DNA from: Marsupella aquatica
Taxonomy: Eukaryota > Plantae > Marchantiophyta
Length of the DNA stretch: 64,000 nt
Reading direction: 5' to 3'
NCBI GenBank assembly: GCA_973895155.1
Contig: OZ316897.1
Coordinates: forward strand, 23,535,455 to 23,599,454
Positions within the stretch are counted from its first letter, which is position 1; each line of letters starts with the position of its first letter. The translations under genes and the position numbers were made by a program. Positions 35,601-49,004 of this stretch are shown here, one piece after another. The notes beneath the pieces were generated by a model that made no database searches, had not been told where the DNA came from, and worked only from the letters and a program-made list of their open reading frames with translations.

Positions 35601-36635
35601 TATAGGGAAATACCGCACCACCTTCCTTGCCTGTAATGAATTCCCCACTCTCTTCATCTTGGGCTGCTGACACACTGAACAATTTTCTAACTTGGCATTC
35701 TCACCCCTAAAGAGCATGCAACCTTTCTCATAGAGAGGGATTCTCTCATAATCCAAGCCAAGCTTTCTCAATAGCTGCTTTGCAGCATATAAGTTCTTGG
35801 GCAGATTATGCTCTGCAGGCATACCATGCTCCCCCATCAAAGACAACAATGCATTCACTCCTTTGTTTGAGAATCCATGGCCATGACAGATGTTCAGCAG
35901 AAGCAACATGAATGACACAACATCTATTTTGCTGCGTGGGAACAAAGGTTGCATTGCTGCATCTAAAGATAACTATGCAGGATCAGTCTCCACAGGAGTT
36001 TCAGAGGTTTCAAGGGGGTTTACAGGATGGGCACCTTCTTCACTCTCATCATCCCCAAGTACAAAATCCAAGTCAAAATGGTCCTGATCATCTAGTTCAT
36101 GTTCAGGGGATTCTTCACTGGTTCTCAGCAACGTTTCTTCTAGTAGAGCCCTGATATGTTCTTCGACATCTATAGTTGGATGTTCTTGAACATCCACAGT
36201 TGGATACTCTGGAACATCCACAGTTGGATACTCTGGAACGTCTACAAATAAATGTTCTTCAACATCTATAGTTGGTTGTTGTGCACAGGTTGCCTGCTGA
36301 AGGTTTGCTACCCTCAATGCCTCAGAGCCATGTTGTGACATGTAGTTAGCACCCCACTCTTCATCAGAAGAGTCTTGTCCCTCTCCCACCCACACTCGAC
36401 ATGCAGGGTACCGACCATGTTTAATAAGGTGCAGTCTAGCAGTATTCCGATTAGTCCTATAATTCCCTTTGCAATTCACACAAGGGCAGTACATCTTATG
36501 GTCCCCACTCTTGTGGCAGGCCTTCTGTTCTCGAACCCACAAAGCATCATCACGATGTTGTACTCTAGCTGGATGGAAGAGCGGCAACTTTGGAGTTCTA
36601 CCCACACCTAACGTATTTTGTGGCAATTGTGCCAT
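32675..36635 (-). pseudogene. CACTA TnpD-type transposase (transposase-associated domain, Transposase_21, DUF4218, DUF4216), intron-containing, with premature stops
   Basis: MYCPCVNCK...HLIKHG, EPRNVRFGLALDGVNPF, YNLPPW, INDYPAYG, DPMHCEKN, GLKSHDFH, FPPSFFDVMTHL, RWMYPIER. In-frame TAG at 35973 and 33768; frameshift near 33122. Confidence 0.93.
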
Positions 36636-37219
36636 GCTAGCTTGATTGAAATTGTATTCAAACTATGATTTTCAAACTGAATCAGTGTGACATGCATACA
36701 AAATTGGGCCTACCGTCACAGTTGTACAACCGATGCCAACCACAGTCCAATTGCTCAAACCCACAGAGCCCAATTTCTCAAATCCACTGTAGTGGGGCAC
36801 CGTCTCCTTCTTGCATACAAATAGAGCATCACATACAGTGTCATCAGAATGATACTATGAACGTAAATCTCTGTGCCTTCATCATTTCCAGTATTTGTTT
36901 GCCTATTAGGAATGTGAGCAGACAGGTCTAGAATAAGTAACGTTTGTGACATCAGTGACAAATTTACAAGTGAAGTTTAGACATCACACTCAAAGCACAT
37001 GCATGAAAATCGGAATCCTACCCTGGAAAAGATAGTAAAGTTGATTTCTCAAAATTAATTGCCTCAATCCGCAATGCACTGTCGTAGAGTGTGTATACAT
37101 GAGGAGTTCATCAAACTGCATATAAATAGTTCACATGTTTTAGCACTCTGAAAATTGTTTAAGTCCACGTGAAACCATCAAAAAGCTCTATCTCAAGTTT
37201 GTGTTCCATCCAGCCTCAA

Positions 37220-37878
37220 TCAAATCCAAGATATGTGGCTCCTAGCAGGAGTGCCTAGTGTAGGGTCAATGTCATGGTCAGGACAGTAAAACATCCCCTT
37301 CTTGGGCTGCCCATGCGCTGAGTGATCCCAAATTGTTCGATCATGGGCAAATCCCCTCTGCTGGATAAACAACAGGCAGTCCTTGTGCCATGCCTTAGGA
37401 CACCTCATGCACTGAACCAAAAAGCCATTAGCCCCATCATTGGGCCCCTGTCCACAAGTAAGACAAATATGGAGTCCACATGATGCTATGCCAGGAACCA
37501 AACACTGCCGACAGTAAAACCGGGCACAGAGAGGGTCTGGACATTTTCTTACCTCTTCACCAATTTTTCCAGACACATGGCACTTAAAGCAAGAATGTTC
37601 ATCATTCTTGCAATCAACACAAAGCCATTCTCCAACATGGCCATCAGCCAGGGATATAGTTGGGCATAGCCATTGCTGTCCCAAAGGACAGGAAACATTC
37701 TTATGGAAATGTCGGTGGCAAGGCCCATCACAAACAATGAGATCCCCTCCCTCATCACAAATCGCACATACATGTGGACTATTTTGGTTAATCTCAATGT
37801 CTGAATATAAGGCCAATTGAGGTGCTTGAGAGATTCACCTCTGCAACGATTCATGGCCTTCTGCTTATTGCGAGCCAT
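37220..37878 (-). CDS. Stand-alone EDM2/NSD-type triple PHD-finger module carried inside the CACTA
   Basis: CAICDEGGDLIVCDGPCHRHFH...WLCVDC..HSCFKC...C..PLCARFYCRQC...CGLHICLTC...CMRCPKAWHKDCL...FYCPDHDIDPTLGTPARSHI parallels the EDM2 PHD region through its YC..H.ID..L.TP.R.H tail. Best ATG is at 37878 (accATGG), in a different frame from ORF 37220-37816. Confidence 0.8.
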
Positions 37879-40800
37879 GGTCCTGCACACTCAGACCCTA
37901 CATCAGATTGTGAAACAAGAAGGAATAACAGGGTGCAACATGACACAAAAGAATGAGGGTGCAACATAAAATATGACATGTAACCACAAGGGAGCAGCAT
38001 AAACCAATGCTTTATGGATGGCAAAGCACTAGGACTGAGCAACGCAAATAACCTTGGCCTATGATTGGAAGCAATCACAAATATTGCAACCTGTATGCCT
38101 TCGCCTGCTGTCCAGCAGTGCTCACTCACCCTGCCTTTTTTAAATCTGTAAGGGCAACACAGAACAAATAGCAATTGAGTTTCAGCAAAGCATTGGTTCT
38201 CAAGTTTTAAAATGGACAGACTTGTTTCATTGTCTGCCTTGTGCGCAGCAGGCTAGGACCGATCAGGGCAAATAATTTATATATTCAAGTAGTGAGAGCT
38301 ACAAAATTTGCTGGGACAGTTTTCTAGTTCTGGATCCTGCTACGCTTTATATACAGCAGCAACCTGAATTCGATTTTTATAGACCAGCTTTTCACCACGG
38401 CTACGACTTCAAAACAATCACACAATGAAATCATGTAGAGGCATGAAGTAAACATGGGTCAAGGCTGTGAATAAAGTTCTCACCTTGTCCCTGCATAGCA
38501 TCGGGAAATTCTACCCAGAGTCTAAAGCGGGAGATACCCAGGCGATGATCCATCCCAAGTTGCGTCAGGTCTAGGAAGGTTAGTACTCTCCTAATGTGAC
38601 AAGACTTCTTCTGGATCATTCTCTGTAACAAAATTTATTTGTTTGAAGTAAACGACTGAAATCATTTGATGGCAAATTCTCCATTTGGACTCTGTGGACA
38701 GTGGGGTATAATTTTGTAAGACATTCATTGCCAAACTCCATGAACTTACTAGTAGATTCTATGTTCAATTAGACAGCATTAAACAGACCAGCCTTCCACT
38801 CAGACAGAAACAATCCTGGCCCACTCAAGCATTAAACAGGGTCGATCTTGTCCTTCCCGTGTACGCCTCAATGCTTATTGTATGTCATTCTAACAACATT
38901 CTTCATTTGTTTACTCAAAGGATTCTACTATTGGACGAGAGCATCACGAAAGGAGCAGATATAAGTAAAGTTGGTGGTAGCTGATGATGAATGATCGACT
39001 GATGTTATAATCCAAGGCAATGACAAAAAAATCGATCGTCTCCGACGAGAATTGGGTCTCATGGAAAAGGGCATGGTTTATGTGAAGGGACTATTAGAAA
39101 AATAGGTTCTCATAATTTTGGTGACAAGTTCAGGCAGAAGGTGGCTTTTAGAATTATAGATTTATCCACTTCAACTTATGCACACCATATGAGAGGGGAC
39201 GACTATCTAAGGTTGTGCAGAACTCCTGCCAAGGACATGAGCACATTTTTGTTCAATTTGGCGTTGGAACTCAAGCAGTACCATTCAGAGGGAAAATGAC
39301 AATCAAACAATTGATAGGGACTGTCGGAAATCAACAGCAGACAGAATGGAAAACTCGGAAGAACTGGTGCAACCTCGAGCAGTCACAGAGAGAGCTCTAG
39401 AGAGGGACCGAGAGGTTGAGGTAATAGTCTCGTGGCAATCGAAGGGTTCGGAACCTAACATAGCAGACACAAAAAATGTATGCTAAGCAGGAGGAGAAAC
39501 AGAGCAATAGAGCAACATAGCAAGAAGGCAGGGGTAGCATGGCAAAAGGAAAGAGTAAATTGAAACTATGAAACATAGCCAGATTGAAGGGGAAGAAGCG
39601 CACAACCTCTTGCAGCTCCCGTTTCTCTTCCCGTAGCTCCTGATGTAACCTCCCGTAGCTCCCGCAACACGCTGACGAACGGTGAGACCTCCTGCAGCTC
39701 TTCCCGCAGATCCTGCCTGCTGTCACCTCCCGAAGCTCCACCAATGTGACCTCCCGCAACTCCACCACTCCTCTGTAGCTTAGTTATCCCCAATCATAGC
39801 TTGCAGCTCCTTCCCAATGAACCCTTACTAAACTACTCCTCGCAGCCGAGCTTGCAGCTTATGACCCGCAGGTTATCACCAATCATAGCTCGTCGCCCTT
39901 CGCTGAGGTAGCCTCCCGCAGCTCCTTCGTAATGTATTGTCCCAAGTCTCCTCCTCACCCACTGGTTATCATCGATCGCACGTCGTCGCCCTTTGCAGCT
40001 TTCTGAGACATATAGCTCCAACGTTAACGCCAAATGCTCCGCAATGTTGCGCGACACTGCAACAATGGATTGGAGCTCTTCCGTGGTAGTAGCTCCCAAG
40101 TCCTACCGGCTCACCCTAAGCTTTCCTACTCCCCTGACCGCGCGCAGCACCCTGATACAGTTTGTGGGAAGAAACGGAGTGCGCACTCCACAAAGCTGTC
40201 TCAACTCGCAACTGAACTCAAATGCGCCCCGCACTCCATGCACATTGCCCACCGCCACATTCCTTTGATGAAAACGCGCACCTCAACTACAAAAACCCTA
40301 CATTTCACAACTTGTGCTCGACTCGACATTTGCCGTTGTGCACCTCCAATGTAGATTTGTCGACCACTTATGTTCCGAGGGCCTACTACAAGAACGCGGG
40401 AATTGGAGCACGATGTTGATTGTATGATCCAGGGTGTGATCTCAGCCGTTGGCACTTGTGTAGGTGCCAAAAATCTAATACCTCTCCACTAGGTTGGACA
40501 ATTTAATACCTCTCCACTAGGTTATAAACTTAATACCTCTCCATTATTGGTTTGCAAAAAACCCAATGAAGGTTATGGTATATCCAATTTAAAGAGAGCC
40601 CTAAAGGTCATGGCTGTTTGTGTAGGTGCCAACAAGAATGTTAAGGACGCATGTTATATGTAAAAAATGATGCCTGCAATATAAAAGGTCCTTTTGGACC
40701 AAGGGAAAACCTTGGTTTTCTAACTTGGTGCTCTAGAGTTATGGCTAAAAATCACATTGACCCTAAACCCATAAGCTGCCCCTCATTTAAACAAATTAAT

Positions 40801-41399
40801 CCTTCATGGGAGGTGAGGGTGTTGTGGATTACATTAGTGTAATTAACTATGTACCGGCCATGGTTTTTGAGTGATTATTATTAGTCTCACCATATGATAG
40901 TGATACTCATCCAAATGTTAGCATTTAATAGCTTTCCACTCGTGACTCAATTGAGAGAAACCTCAAGAGAAACCCTCAGTCATGACTCAAGCACATTTAT
41001 AGGGCAACTATTAGTTTCATATAGACATATGTATAGTATGTGTACTTTTGTACATGCCCTTGCCAACACCCTCGTCTAGGGCCCACTTCACGGGCCCCTT
41101 ACATGCTACATGACCACTACATATGAGGCTATGTTGTCTAAGAGTTTTTGAGAGCATTACACCAAAGCATTAACAAGTGAGCCTTCCCATGACTATATGA
41201 CCTCCAATATGCCAACATTAATGGTTTCCAATATGACAGCGTGAGTGACCCCATGTTTAATCCTCAGATTGAAGCACCATTTAATTCAAATGACCCAATG
41301 AACTCCCTTGTACCTCCAAAGAGAACCCCCCAATAGCCTTTGTAAAGACCACATTTCCAGTCATTTGGTACTTCTGACTTCTAGTATGACAACCAAGAT

Positions 41400-44300
41400 T
41401 ACCCTAATTTGAGGTGTTTTCATTAATGACCACATATGCAGTCAATTGCTCCAAATGACCTCCAATATGACTACCAAGATGACCCTTATTGTAGTCATTG
41501 GCATTAATGACAGATATTATGTGAAAATGACCCAATAAAGAGTATACTGCCTCTCAGAGTGCCCCCTTACAATTCCTTTGAGATTTAATAGAATATATCC
41601 AAAATCCAAATGTTGGCACAAACATGACATAGTTATATAGAAGGACATAGTCTTCCACTAGTATTGCACTATATCTCTCTTGGAGAGACAAAAAAATAAT
41701 TTGTTTGCCTTTGGAACGGATGGTATGCATGCATGGTGATACTTTTGGCAAATCACTCCAAAGTTGTATGACTTGGGAGTGATTTTCCCCAATGTTGGAT
41801 CATCCCTTAAGTAATTGCAAAAACATGGCTCCAAAGTGCTCATGGTGCAACTAGTGGTTGGAGAATAGTGGGTATAGTACCCCGCACCTTGTGGAGTGGT
41901 TGCCACCTTCATGTAGGGACCCATGGCACACTAGGGCCACATTAAGCTCCTAGACCCAAAAGGGTCATTTTTTATGGTCCATAATGACACCATGAGGGAC
42001 CTCTATCATGACCCCATATGGAGTCATTTGGCACAAATGACTTCCAAACGGACGGCCAAAATGACCCTTACTGCAGTCTTTGGCATTAATGACACACTAT
42101 TCCTCCAAAATGACCCAATGAAGATTACAACACCTACTCACAATGCCCCGACACTATTCATATGCAAAATGGAGTATTCCCCATCCAAATACCGGCACAA
42201 ACATGACACAATTACATCACAAGATGACAACCTTCCATTGGTGTTGCGCTACTTCTTGGAGAGACAAAAAAATGGCTCCATTTGCGTTTGGATACGGTGG
42301 TATGCATCCATGGTGACACTTTTGGAAAATCACTCCAAAGTCGTATGACTTGGGAGTGATTTCCCCAAGGGTGCATCATGCATTAAGTAAACGCAAAAAC
42401 ATGTGTCCAAAGTGTTTATGTCGCAACTAGTGGTTGGACAATGATGAGTATAGTGTCCCGCACCTAGTGGAGAATTTCTCACCTCTATGTGGGGCCACAT
42501 GGCACTCTAGGGCCCACCTTCAACCCCTAGCCCCAAATTGGTCATTTGTGCTTCTGTTTAATGACTGCATGGGGGACCACACAAATGACCCTATTTGTAG
42601 TCATTGGCACTTATGACACAACTTTGCGCAAAAATGACCCAATGGGGGCCATAGTACCTCCAAAGAGAGCCCGCTTTAGATTCCTTGGAAGGTCTGAATA
42701 TTCCTCTTCTCTAAACCCGCACCCACACCATACCAGGAAGCACGACTCCCCTGCCCATTCCATTGGTGCAACACTACCTCTTGGAGAACCAAAAAACAAC
42801 TTTTATTTGCCTTTGGATGGGATGGTATACATCCATGGTTGCACTTTTGGCAAATCACTCCAAAGTCGTACGACTTGGGAGTGATTTCCCCAAAGGTGCA
42901 TCATGTCTCAAGTAAACGCAAAAACATGTGTCCAAAGTGTTTATGTCACAACTAGTGGTTGGACAATGATGAGTATAGTGTCTCGCACCCAATGGAGGGG
43001 TTCTCACCTCTATGTGGGGCCCCATGGCACTCTAGGGCCCACCTCAAGCCCCTAGCCCCAAACTGGTCATTTGTGCTTTTCCTTAATGACTGCATAAGGG
43101 ACCCCTCAAATGACCACAAATCGAGTCATTAGACTGATATGACACTCCATATGACAGTTTTAATGACCCTACTTTTAGTCATTGGCATTTATGACGGGCC
43201 ATTGCTCACATATGACCCAATAAAGGCCCTAGTACCTCCAACTAGAGCCAACTCTAGATTCTTTGCAAGATTGGAATATTCCTCTTTGCTAAACCCGCAC
43301 CCACACCATACTGAGAAGCACGACTCCCCTGCCCATTCCATTGGTGCATCACTACCTCTTGGAGAACCAAAAAACAACTTTTATTTGCCTTTGGATGGGA
43401 TGGTATACATCCATGGTTGCACTTTTGGCAAATCACTCCAAAGTCGTACGACTTGGGAGTGATTTCCCCAAAGGTGCATCATGTCTCAAGTAAACGCAAA
43501 AACATGTGTCCAAAGTGTTTATGTCACAACTAGTGGTTGGACAATGATGAGTATAGTGTCCCGCACCCAATGGAGGGGTTCTCACCTCTATGTGGGGCCC
43601 CATGGCACTCTAGGGCCCACCTCAAGCCCCTAGCTCCAAATTGGTCATTTGTGCTTTTCCTTAATGACTGCATAAGGGACCCCTCAAATGACCACAAATC
43701 GAGTCATTAGACTGATATGACACTCCATATGACAGTTTTAATGACCCTACTTTTAGTCATTGGCATTTATGACAGGCCATTGCTCACATATGACCCAATA
43801 AAGGCCCTAGTACCTCCAACTAGAGCCAACTCTAGATTCTTTGCAAGATTGGAATATTCCTCTTCGCTAAACCCGCACCCACACCATACTGAGAAGCACG
43901 ACTCCCCTGCCCATTCCATTGGTGCATCACTACCTCTTGGAGAACCAAAAAACAACTTTTATTTGCCTTTGGATGTGATGGTATGCATGCATGGTGACAC
44001 TTTTGGAAAATCACTCCAAAGTCATACGACTTGGGAGTGATTTCCCCAAAGGTGCATCATGCCTTAAGTAAACGCAAAAATATGTGTCCAAAGTGTTTAT
44101 GTCGCAACTAGTGGTTGGACAATGATGAGTATAGTGTCCCGCACCTAGTGGAGGGGTTCTCACCTCTATGTGGGGCCCCATGGCACTCTAGGGCCCATCT
44201 CCAGCCCCTAGCCCCAAACTGGTCATTTGTGCTTGTGTTTAATGACTGCATGAGGGACCACACAAATGACCACAAGTCTCGTCACTTGACTCATATGACA

Positions 44301-44760
44301 TACCATATGACAGTTTAATGACTCTACTTGTAGTCATTGGCATTATGACACAAATTTGTCTAAAAATGACCCAATAAAGATTACACTACATCCTTCATTG
44401 CTCTGTCACTATTCATTTGCAAAATAGAATATTCCCCATACAAACAAAGGCACAAACATGACACAATTACAACAAAGGATGGCAACCTTCCATTGGTATT
44501 GCCCTACTTCTTGGAGAGACAAAAAAGTTTCATTTGCCTTTGGATACGATAGTATGCGCACATCTATATATGGTGACAGTTCTGGAAAATCACTCCAAAG
44601 GTGTATGACTTGGGAGTGATTTCCCCAAAGCTAGGTGCATCATGCCTAAAGTAAATGCAAGACATGTGTTCAAATTGCTAATCCGCAACTAGTGGGAGGA
44701 CAATGATGAGTATTATGTCCCGCACTTAGTGGAAGGGTTATCAACCATATCAATGACTCT
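41400..44760. repeat. ~578-bp tandem array (about 6 copies) inside the CACTA
   Basis: Anchor AATCACTCCAAAG at 41751, 42328, 42853, 43431, 44009 and 44588 (spacings 577, 525, 578, 578, 579). Boundaries are approximate. Confidence 0.92.
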
Positions 44761-44829
44761 ACAATTATGACCGGTGTCTGGAATGACTATTGAGTATTTT
44801 AATTTTCATATCTCTTGGGTTCTTTAATG

Positions 44830-45265
44830 ACTCTATAAATAGTCATTTATGCAATAAGTCCATAATGACTGTATGTTATTGTAAACATTGAATATCGTAA
44901 TTTTTAGATTGACCCTATATTTAGTCATTTATGCGACAAGTCCATAATGACAGTATGTTATTGTAAACACCGATATATCCTAATTTCAAGAATGACTATG
45001 GAATTAGTCATTTATGAGAGAAGTCCATAATGACAGTATGTTCTTGTAAACACTGATATGTCCTAATTTCAAGATTGACCTAGAGTTAGTCATTTATGAG
45101 AGAAGTCCATAATGACGGTATGTTCTTGTAAACACTGATATGTCCTAATTTCAAGATTGACCCTAGAGTTTGTCATTTATGGGAGGAGTCCATAATGACA
45201 ATATGTTGTTGTAAACACTAATATATTCTCATTTTCAGATTGACCCTATATTTTGTCATTTAACA
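44830..45265. repeat. ~82-83-bp subterminal tandem repeat (about 5 copies)
   Basis: GTCATTTATG..AAGTCCATAATGAC.GTATGTT.TTGTAAACAC recurs at about 44841, 44923, 45006, 45088 and 45171. Confidence 0.88.
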
Positions 45266-45653
45266 CCGTTGGTTAAAATGACGGTAATACATTTTTTGTC
45301 ATTTATCACCGTTGTCCAAAATGACCTAAATAGATTTTTGGTCATTTCTATCATTGTCTAGAGTGACTATAATGTTGCTAAACACTGAGTTATCATTGTT
45401 GTTATTATTTGCGTCATTTAAGACACGTGTCTAAATTGACCATTTAGGAAAATTGGGTCATTTTGGTCGCATCAGTCATTACAGACATTATACAAAATGA
45501 CGCAAAAGTTAACATTTTGTCATTTTAGTCTATTGGTCATTGTGGACAGTCATTCCCCTGTCATTCTTTTTGTGTCATTAGAAATTTTGGTCATTTATTC
45601 ATCTCTGTCATTGGGTGATTGGTCATAAAGGGCCCTGTTTTCTTCTAGTGCTA

Positions 45654-46053
45654 CTATCCATGATTTACTTGCGATTGTGACATTCTATGATCTTGAGTTA
45701 GATCAAATGGATGTAATGACTACTTTCTTGTATGGATTGCTTGATGTTGAGATTTATATGACTCAACCTCTAGGTTTTATTTACGAGAAGACCAGACACT
45801 TGGTGTGTAAGCTCTTGCGCTCGTTATACGGATTGAAGCAGAGTCCCAGACAATGAAATAAGTTGTTTGATTCCTTCATGTTGTCCCAAGGGTTCACGCG
45901 GAGTGAACATGATTGTTGTATTTACATGAAGTTAGGAGAATGATGGAGAATTGCTCACGCTTTGGTTACATTGTGTTGGCACTATATGTGGATGACATGC
46001 TGATCCTGGCTGAGAATAAGTCTGATGTTGCCCATTTGGAAGCAATGTTGAGC
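45654..46053 (+). mobile_element. Copia-1 continuation (RT), pseudogenised
   Basis: LELDQMDVMTTFLYG, IYMTQPLGF, LRSLYGLKQSPRQ*, LYVDDML; interrupted by the Copia-2 LTR. Confidence 0.9.
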
Positions 46054-46395
46054 TGTTGAGCATAGACGATATTCGTAACGGCAAGCCCATGAACCATCCA
46101 ATGCACAAGAGTCGACACAGATAGATACGTGGTTCACCTCCACATGAGGCTACGTCCACGGGAACACACAAGAGCTTTACTGTACTCTAGGCCCACCGGC
46201 CATACCAAGCATCCACAGCACAAGCTCTCCCTATCTCTCAACTAGCTCCGTAACAATGAGCCTAAGTTCCACCAGGGTCTGGCATCAGCCTTGGCTATAT
46301 ACATAATAAAACTACCGCTAACATTAGCTAAGTCCTAACCCAAGTTAGCCTAACTGTAGTTAGCTCATGAGTCACAAGACGAGCAATATCTAACA
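46054..46395 (-). mobile_element. 3' LTR (342 bp) of Copia-2
   Basis: TGTTGAG...CTAACA ends; adjacent PPT AAGGGGGAGTT on the minus strand (46396-46406). Confidence 0.85.
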
Positions 46396-46591
46396 AACTC
46401 CCCCTTGACTCTTGTCTTGGGGACTGGACTAAATGCTACCATATGGAATCCTCAGCGGGAAGTTCTAGACAATCACCAAACCAGGTCTCCCCCTAAAAAC
46501 CACAAGGGTTAACTAGAACTAAGCCGTAGCCAAACAGGAATGAGTAATCCATATACAAATAGTCACACATTGCTATATAACTCTACTTGCA

Positions 46592-48040
46592 CTACAACTG
46601 CAAAACCTGCAAAGTAGCACGGTGTCTTGAGAAACTCTCCAAAGGAATCACTTTGGTAAAAGCATCAGCGGGATTGAGCTTTCCATCAATCTTGACTAGC
46701 TCAAAAGTTTTATCAGACACTGCTTGCCTGATAAAATGGTACCTGATATCAATGTGCTTCACCCTGCTATCCATCACCTGGTTAGCAGCCAAGTGAAGAG
46801 CACTCTGACTATCACAGTTTAGAGTCATTTTGCCATGCTCTAAACCCATCTCTGCGATCAACTTATCCAACCAAATTGCTTCCTTTGCTGCTGCTTCTGC
46901 TGCTCCAACATACTCTGCTTCTGTAGTAGACTGAGATATGCACTTCTGCAAGGTAGATTTCCAACTGATACATCCTCCTCCAAGAGTGTATACAAACCTA
47001 GTTGTAGACCTCCTTGTATCCAGACAACCTCCATAGTCAGAATCTACATAGCCAACTAACGTTCTATTTGATCTGTTATCAAATAGTAATCCATAGTCCT
47101 GTGTACCCTTGAGATATCTGAGAATCCATTTCACAGCTTCCCAGTGTACCTTTCCTGGATTTGACATGAATCTGCTAACCTTGTCCATCGCTAGGGCCAA
47201 GTCAGGCCTAGTACAAGTCATCAAATACATCAGACTGCCTACTGCCTTCTCATAAGAAATCTTAGCCATCAAACCTTTCTCCACAGCATCCGTAGGAGAG
47301 AAAGCCAATGATAACTTAAAATGTGAAACTAAAGGAATACTCACTGGTTTACAGTTCTCCATGTTGAATTATGCAAGTACTTTCCTTGGATACTGGCCTT
47401 GATTCAAGCACAACTATCCAATCTCAGAGTTCCTAAAAATGTCCATCCCTAAGATCCTCTTGGCCTTACCAAGATCCTTCATCCTGAATTCAACACTCAA
47501 TTTTGCCTTGAGACTCTCAACCTCAGATTGATCTTTAGCCACAATCAGCATGTCATCCACATAAATAACCAGAATGATGAAACCAAACACATCATTCTTG
47601 ACTGATTTCATATACACACAAGGATCATACACCATCCTTGTAAAACCTTGAGCAAGCATAAAATCATCAAACCGCTTGTTCCACTGTCTGGGAGACTGCT
47701 TCAATCCATACAAGGACTTGAGCAATCTGCAAACTAAGTTCTCTTGGCCCTTCTTCATAAAGCCTAGTGGCTGTCTCATGAAGATCAACTCTTCCACGTT
47801 GCCATAGAGAAAAGCAGTAACAACATCCATCTGATCCATCACCAGATCAAAAAACACAACAAGTTGACACAAGATCCGAATTGTGGAATACTTAGCCACC
47901 GGTGAAAAGACCTCATTGTAATCCACTCCTTTCTCCTGAGTGAATCCCTTGGCAACAAGCCTTGCCTTGTAGATCTTGTCTCCACCCTCTGAAGGATTGT
48001 CCTTCAACTTGTAAATCCACTTGCTGACCTCTTGGAAGCT
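46592..48040 (-). pseudogene. Copia-2 RT/RNase H remnant
   Basis: KARLVAKGFTQEKGVDY, YGLKQSPRQW, YVDD, GYVDSDY, CDSQSAL, KHIDIRYHF. Stop/frameshift near 47380-47414. Confidence 0.92.
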
Positions 48041-48512
48041 TGTCACACCATTTAGAGTGGTAGTAAAGTATATCGTACTATCTAGGTATAGAGGTTTTGA
48101 TGTGTGCTACATGAGCACTATGTTTAGTTTGAGTTGGTGTGAGGGATAGTTATCCCCTTGTGTTGGCTCAAAGGCCTCATCTTTCAATGTTGAGCCTTTG
48201 AGCATGAGCTTGGTGGCTATGGTGTGGCTGACCAGGTTGTGTGCATGTAACGTGGATTCCTTGAAGCACAAGGTGCGTTGGGCTTGACATACATGTGTGA
48301 TCGCGTCGGATGGGATCGTTGTTGGATTAGCATTGATCGTTGTTCGATTTGCACTATTGAAGAAGATTACATTGAAAGATCAGCTTTGAATTCTGATGTA
48401 CGGATCGTGCAAATAGAAGTTCGATTTCGTTGAGGTTTTGTTGTTGACGATTCATGGTATCTCGGATTGGGTTTTGTTGTTGAACGGATCGCTGGTATCT
48501 CGATCTGTTACA
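48041..48512 (+). mobile_element. 5' LTR (472 bp) of a Ty3/Gypsy-like element inserted into Copia-2
   Basis: TGTCACA...TGTTACA ends, followed 3 nt later by TGGTGTTGAGA (48516-48526), complementary to a tRNA-Leu(AAG)-type 3' end. Confidence 0.75.
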
Positions 48513-49004
48513 AGTTGGTGTTGAGAAAGCTCAAGTGGATGCGGAGCTTTGAGTTGTTGAGTTGTGCGTTTGGAGTTGTGATTTGCATCGATCTACATTG
48601 CAACATTTTGGAGGACTGAATGTGCGATCGATGATCGGAAGTTACCATCGATTGTTATGCGCGGATTGCTAAGAGTATTCGCTGCGGTTTTGTGAAGGCA
48701 AGTTGGTCGGACTTGTGATTGTTTGTGATTTTGGTTGGGGATGGTTCCAATCGGGGGTTGATAGTTGAAGTTGTATCTTGCGGATTTGAGATTCGTCAAG
48801 CTTAATGTTGACGGATAGTGCATTTCTTTGAAGAAAGCGACGTTGGATGTTGACAAATTGTGTCCCCTACGGCGACGTAGTGCACTGCGGAGAGGTGTGA
48901 GGTGCGGTGGCGACCTAGGGCACAAGGAAAACAACAAAGTGAGTGAACAGTGACTTTGTTCGGGAATTGCGGTGAGGTTTTCGCAGCAATAGGGTTGTGA
49001 AGGT

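Larger units (their letters stand above)
17858..45650 (-). mobile_element. CACTA (En/Spm) DNA transposon, 27,793 bp including nested insertions
   Basis: Left TIR CACTAGTAGAAAACA; right end reverse-complements to CACTAGAAGAAAACA. 3-bp TSD CTA at 17855-17857 and 45651-45653. Removing it rejoins the Copia RT (PVVKLA|TI...). Contains TnpD- and TnpA-like genes on the minus strand. Confidence 0.95.

Noticed and set aside
38400-40470. Short ORFs and GCAGCTCC-rich low-complexity repeats inside the CACTA
   Set aside because: No identifiable product; probably 5' UTR exons or degraded captured fragments.
42434-44318. Repeated 60-112-aa ORFs
   Set aside because: Recur only because of the 578-bp tandem unit and are not preserved in diverged copies.
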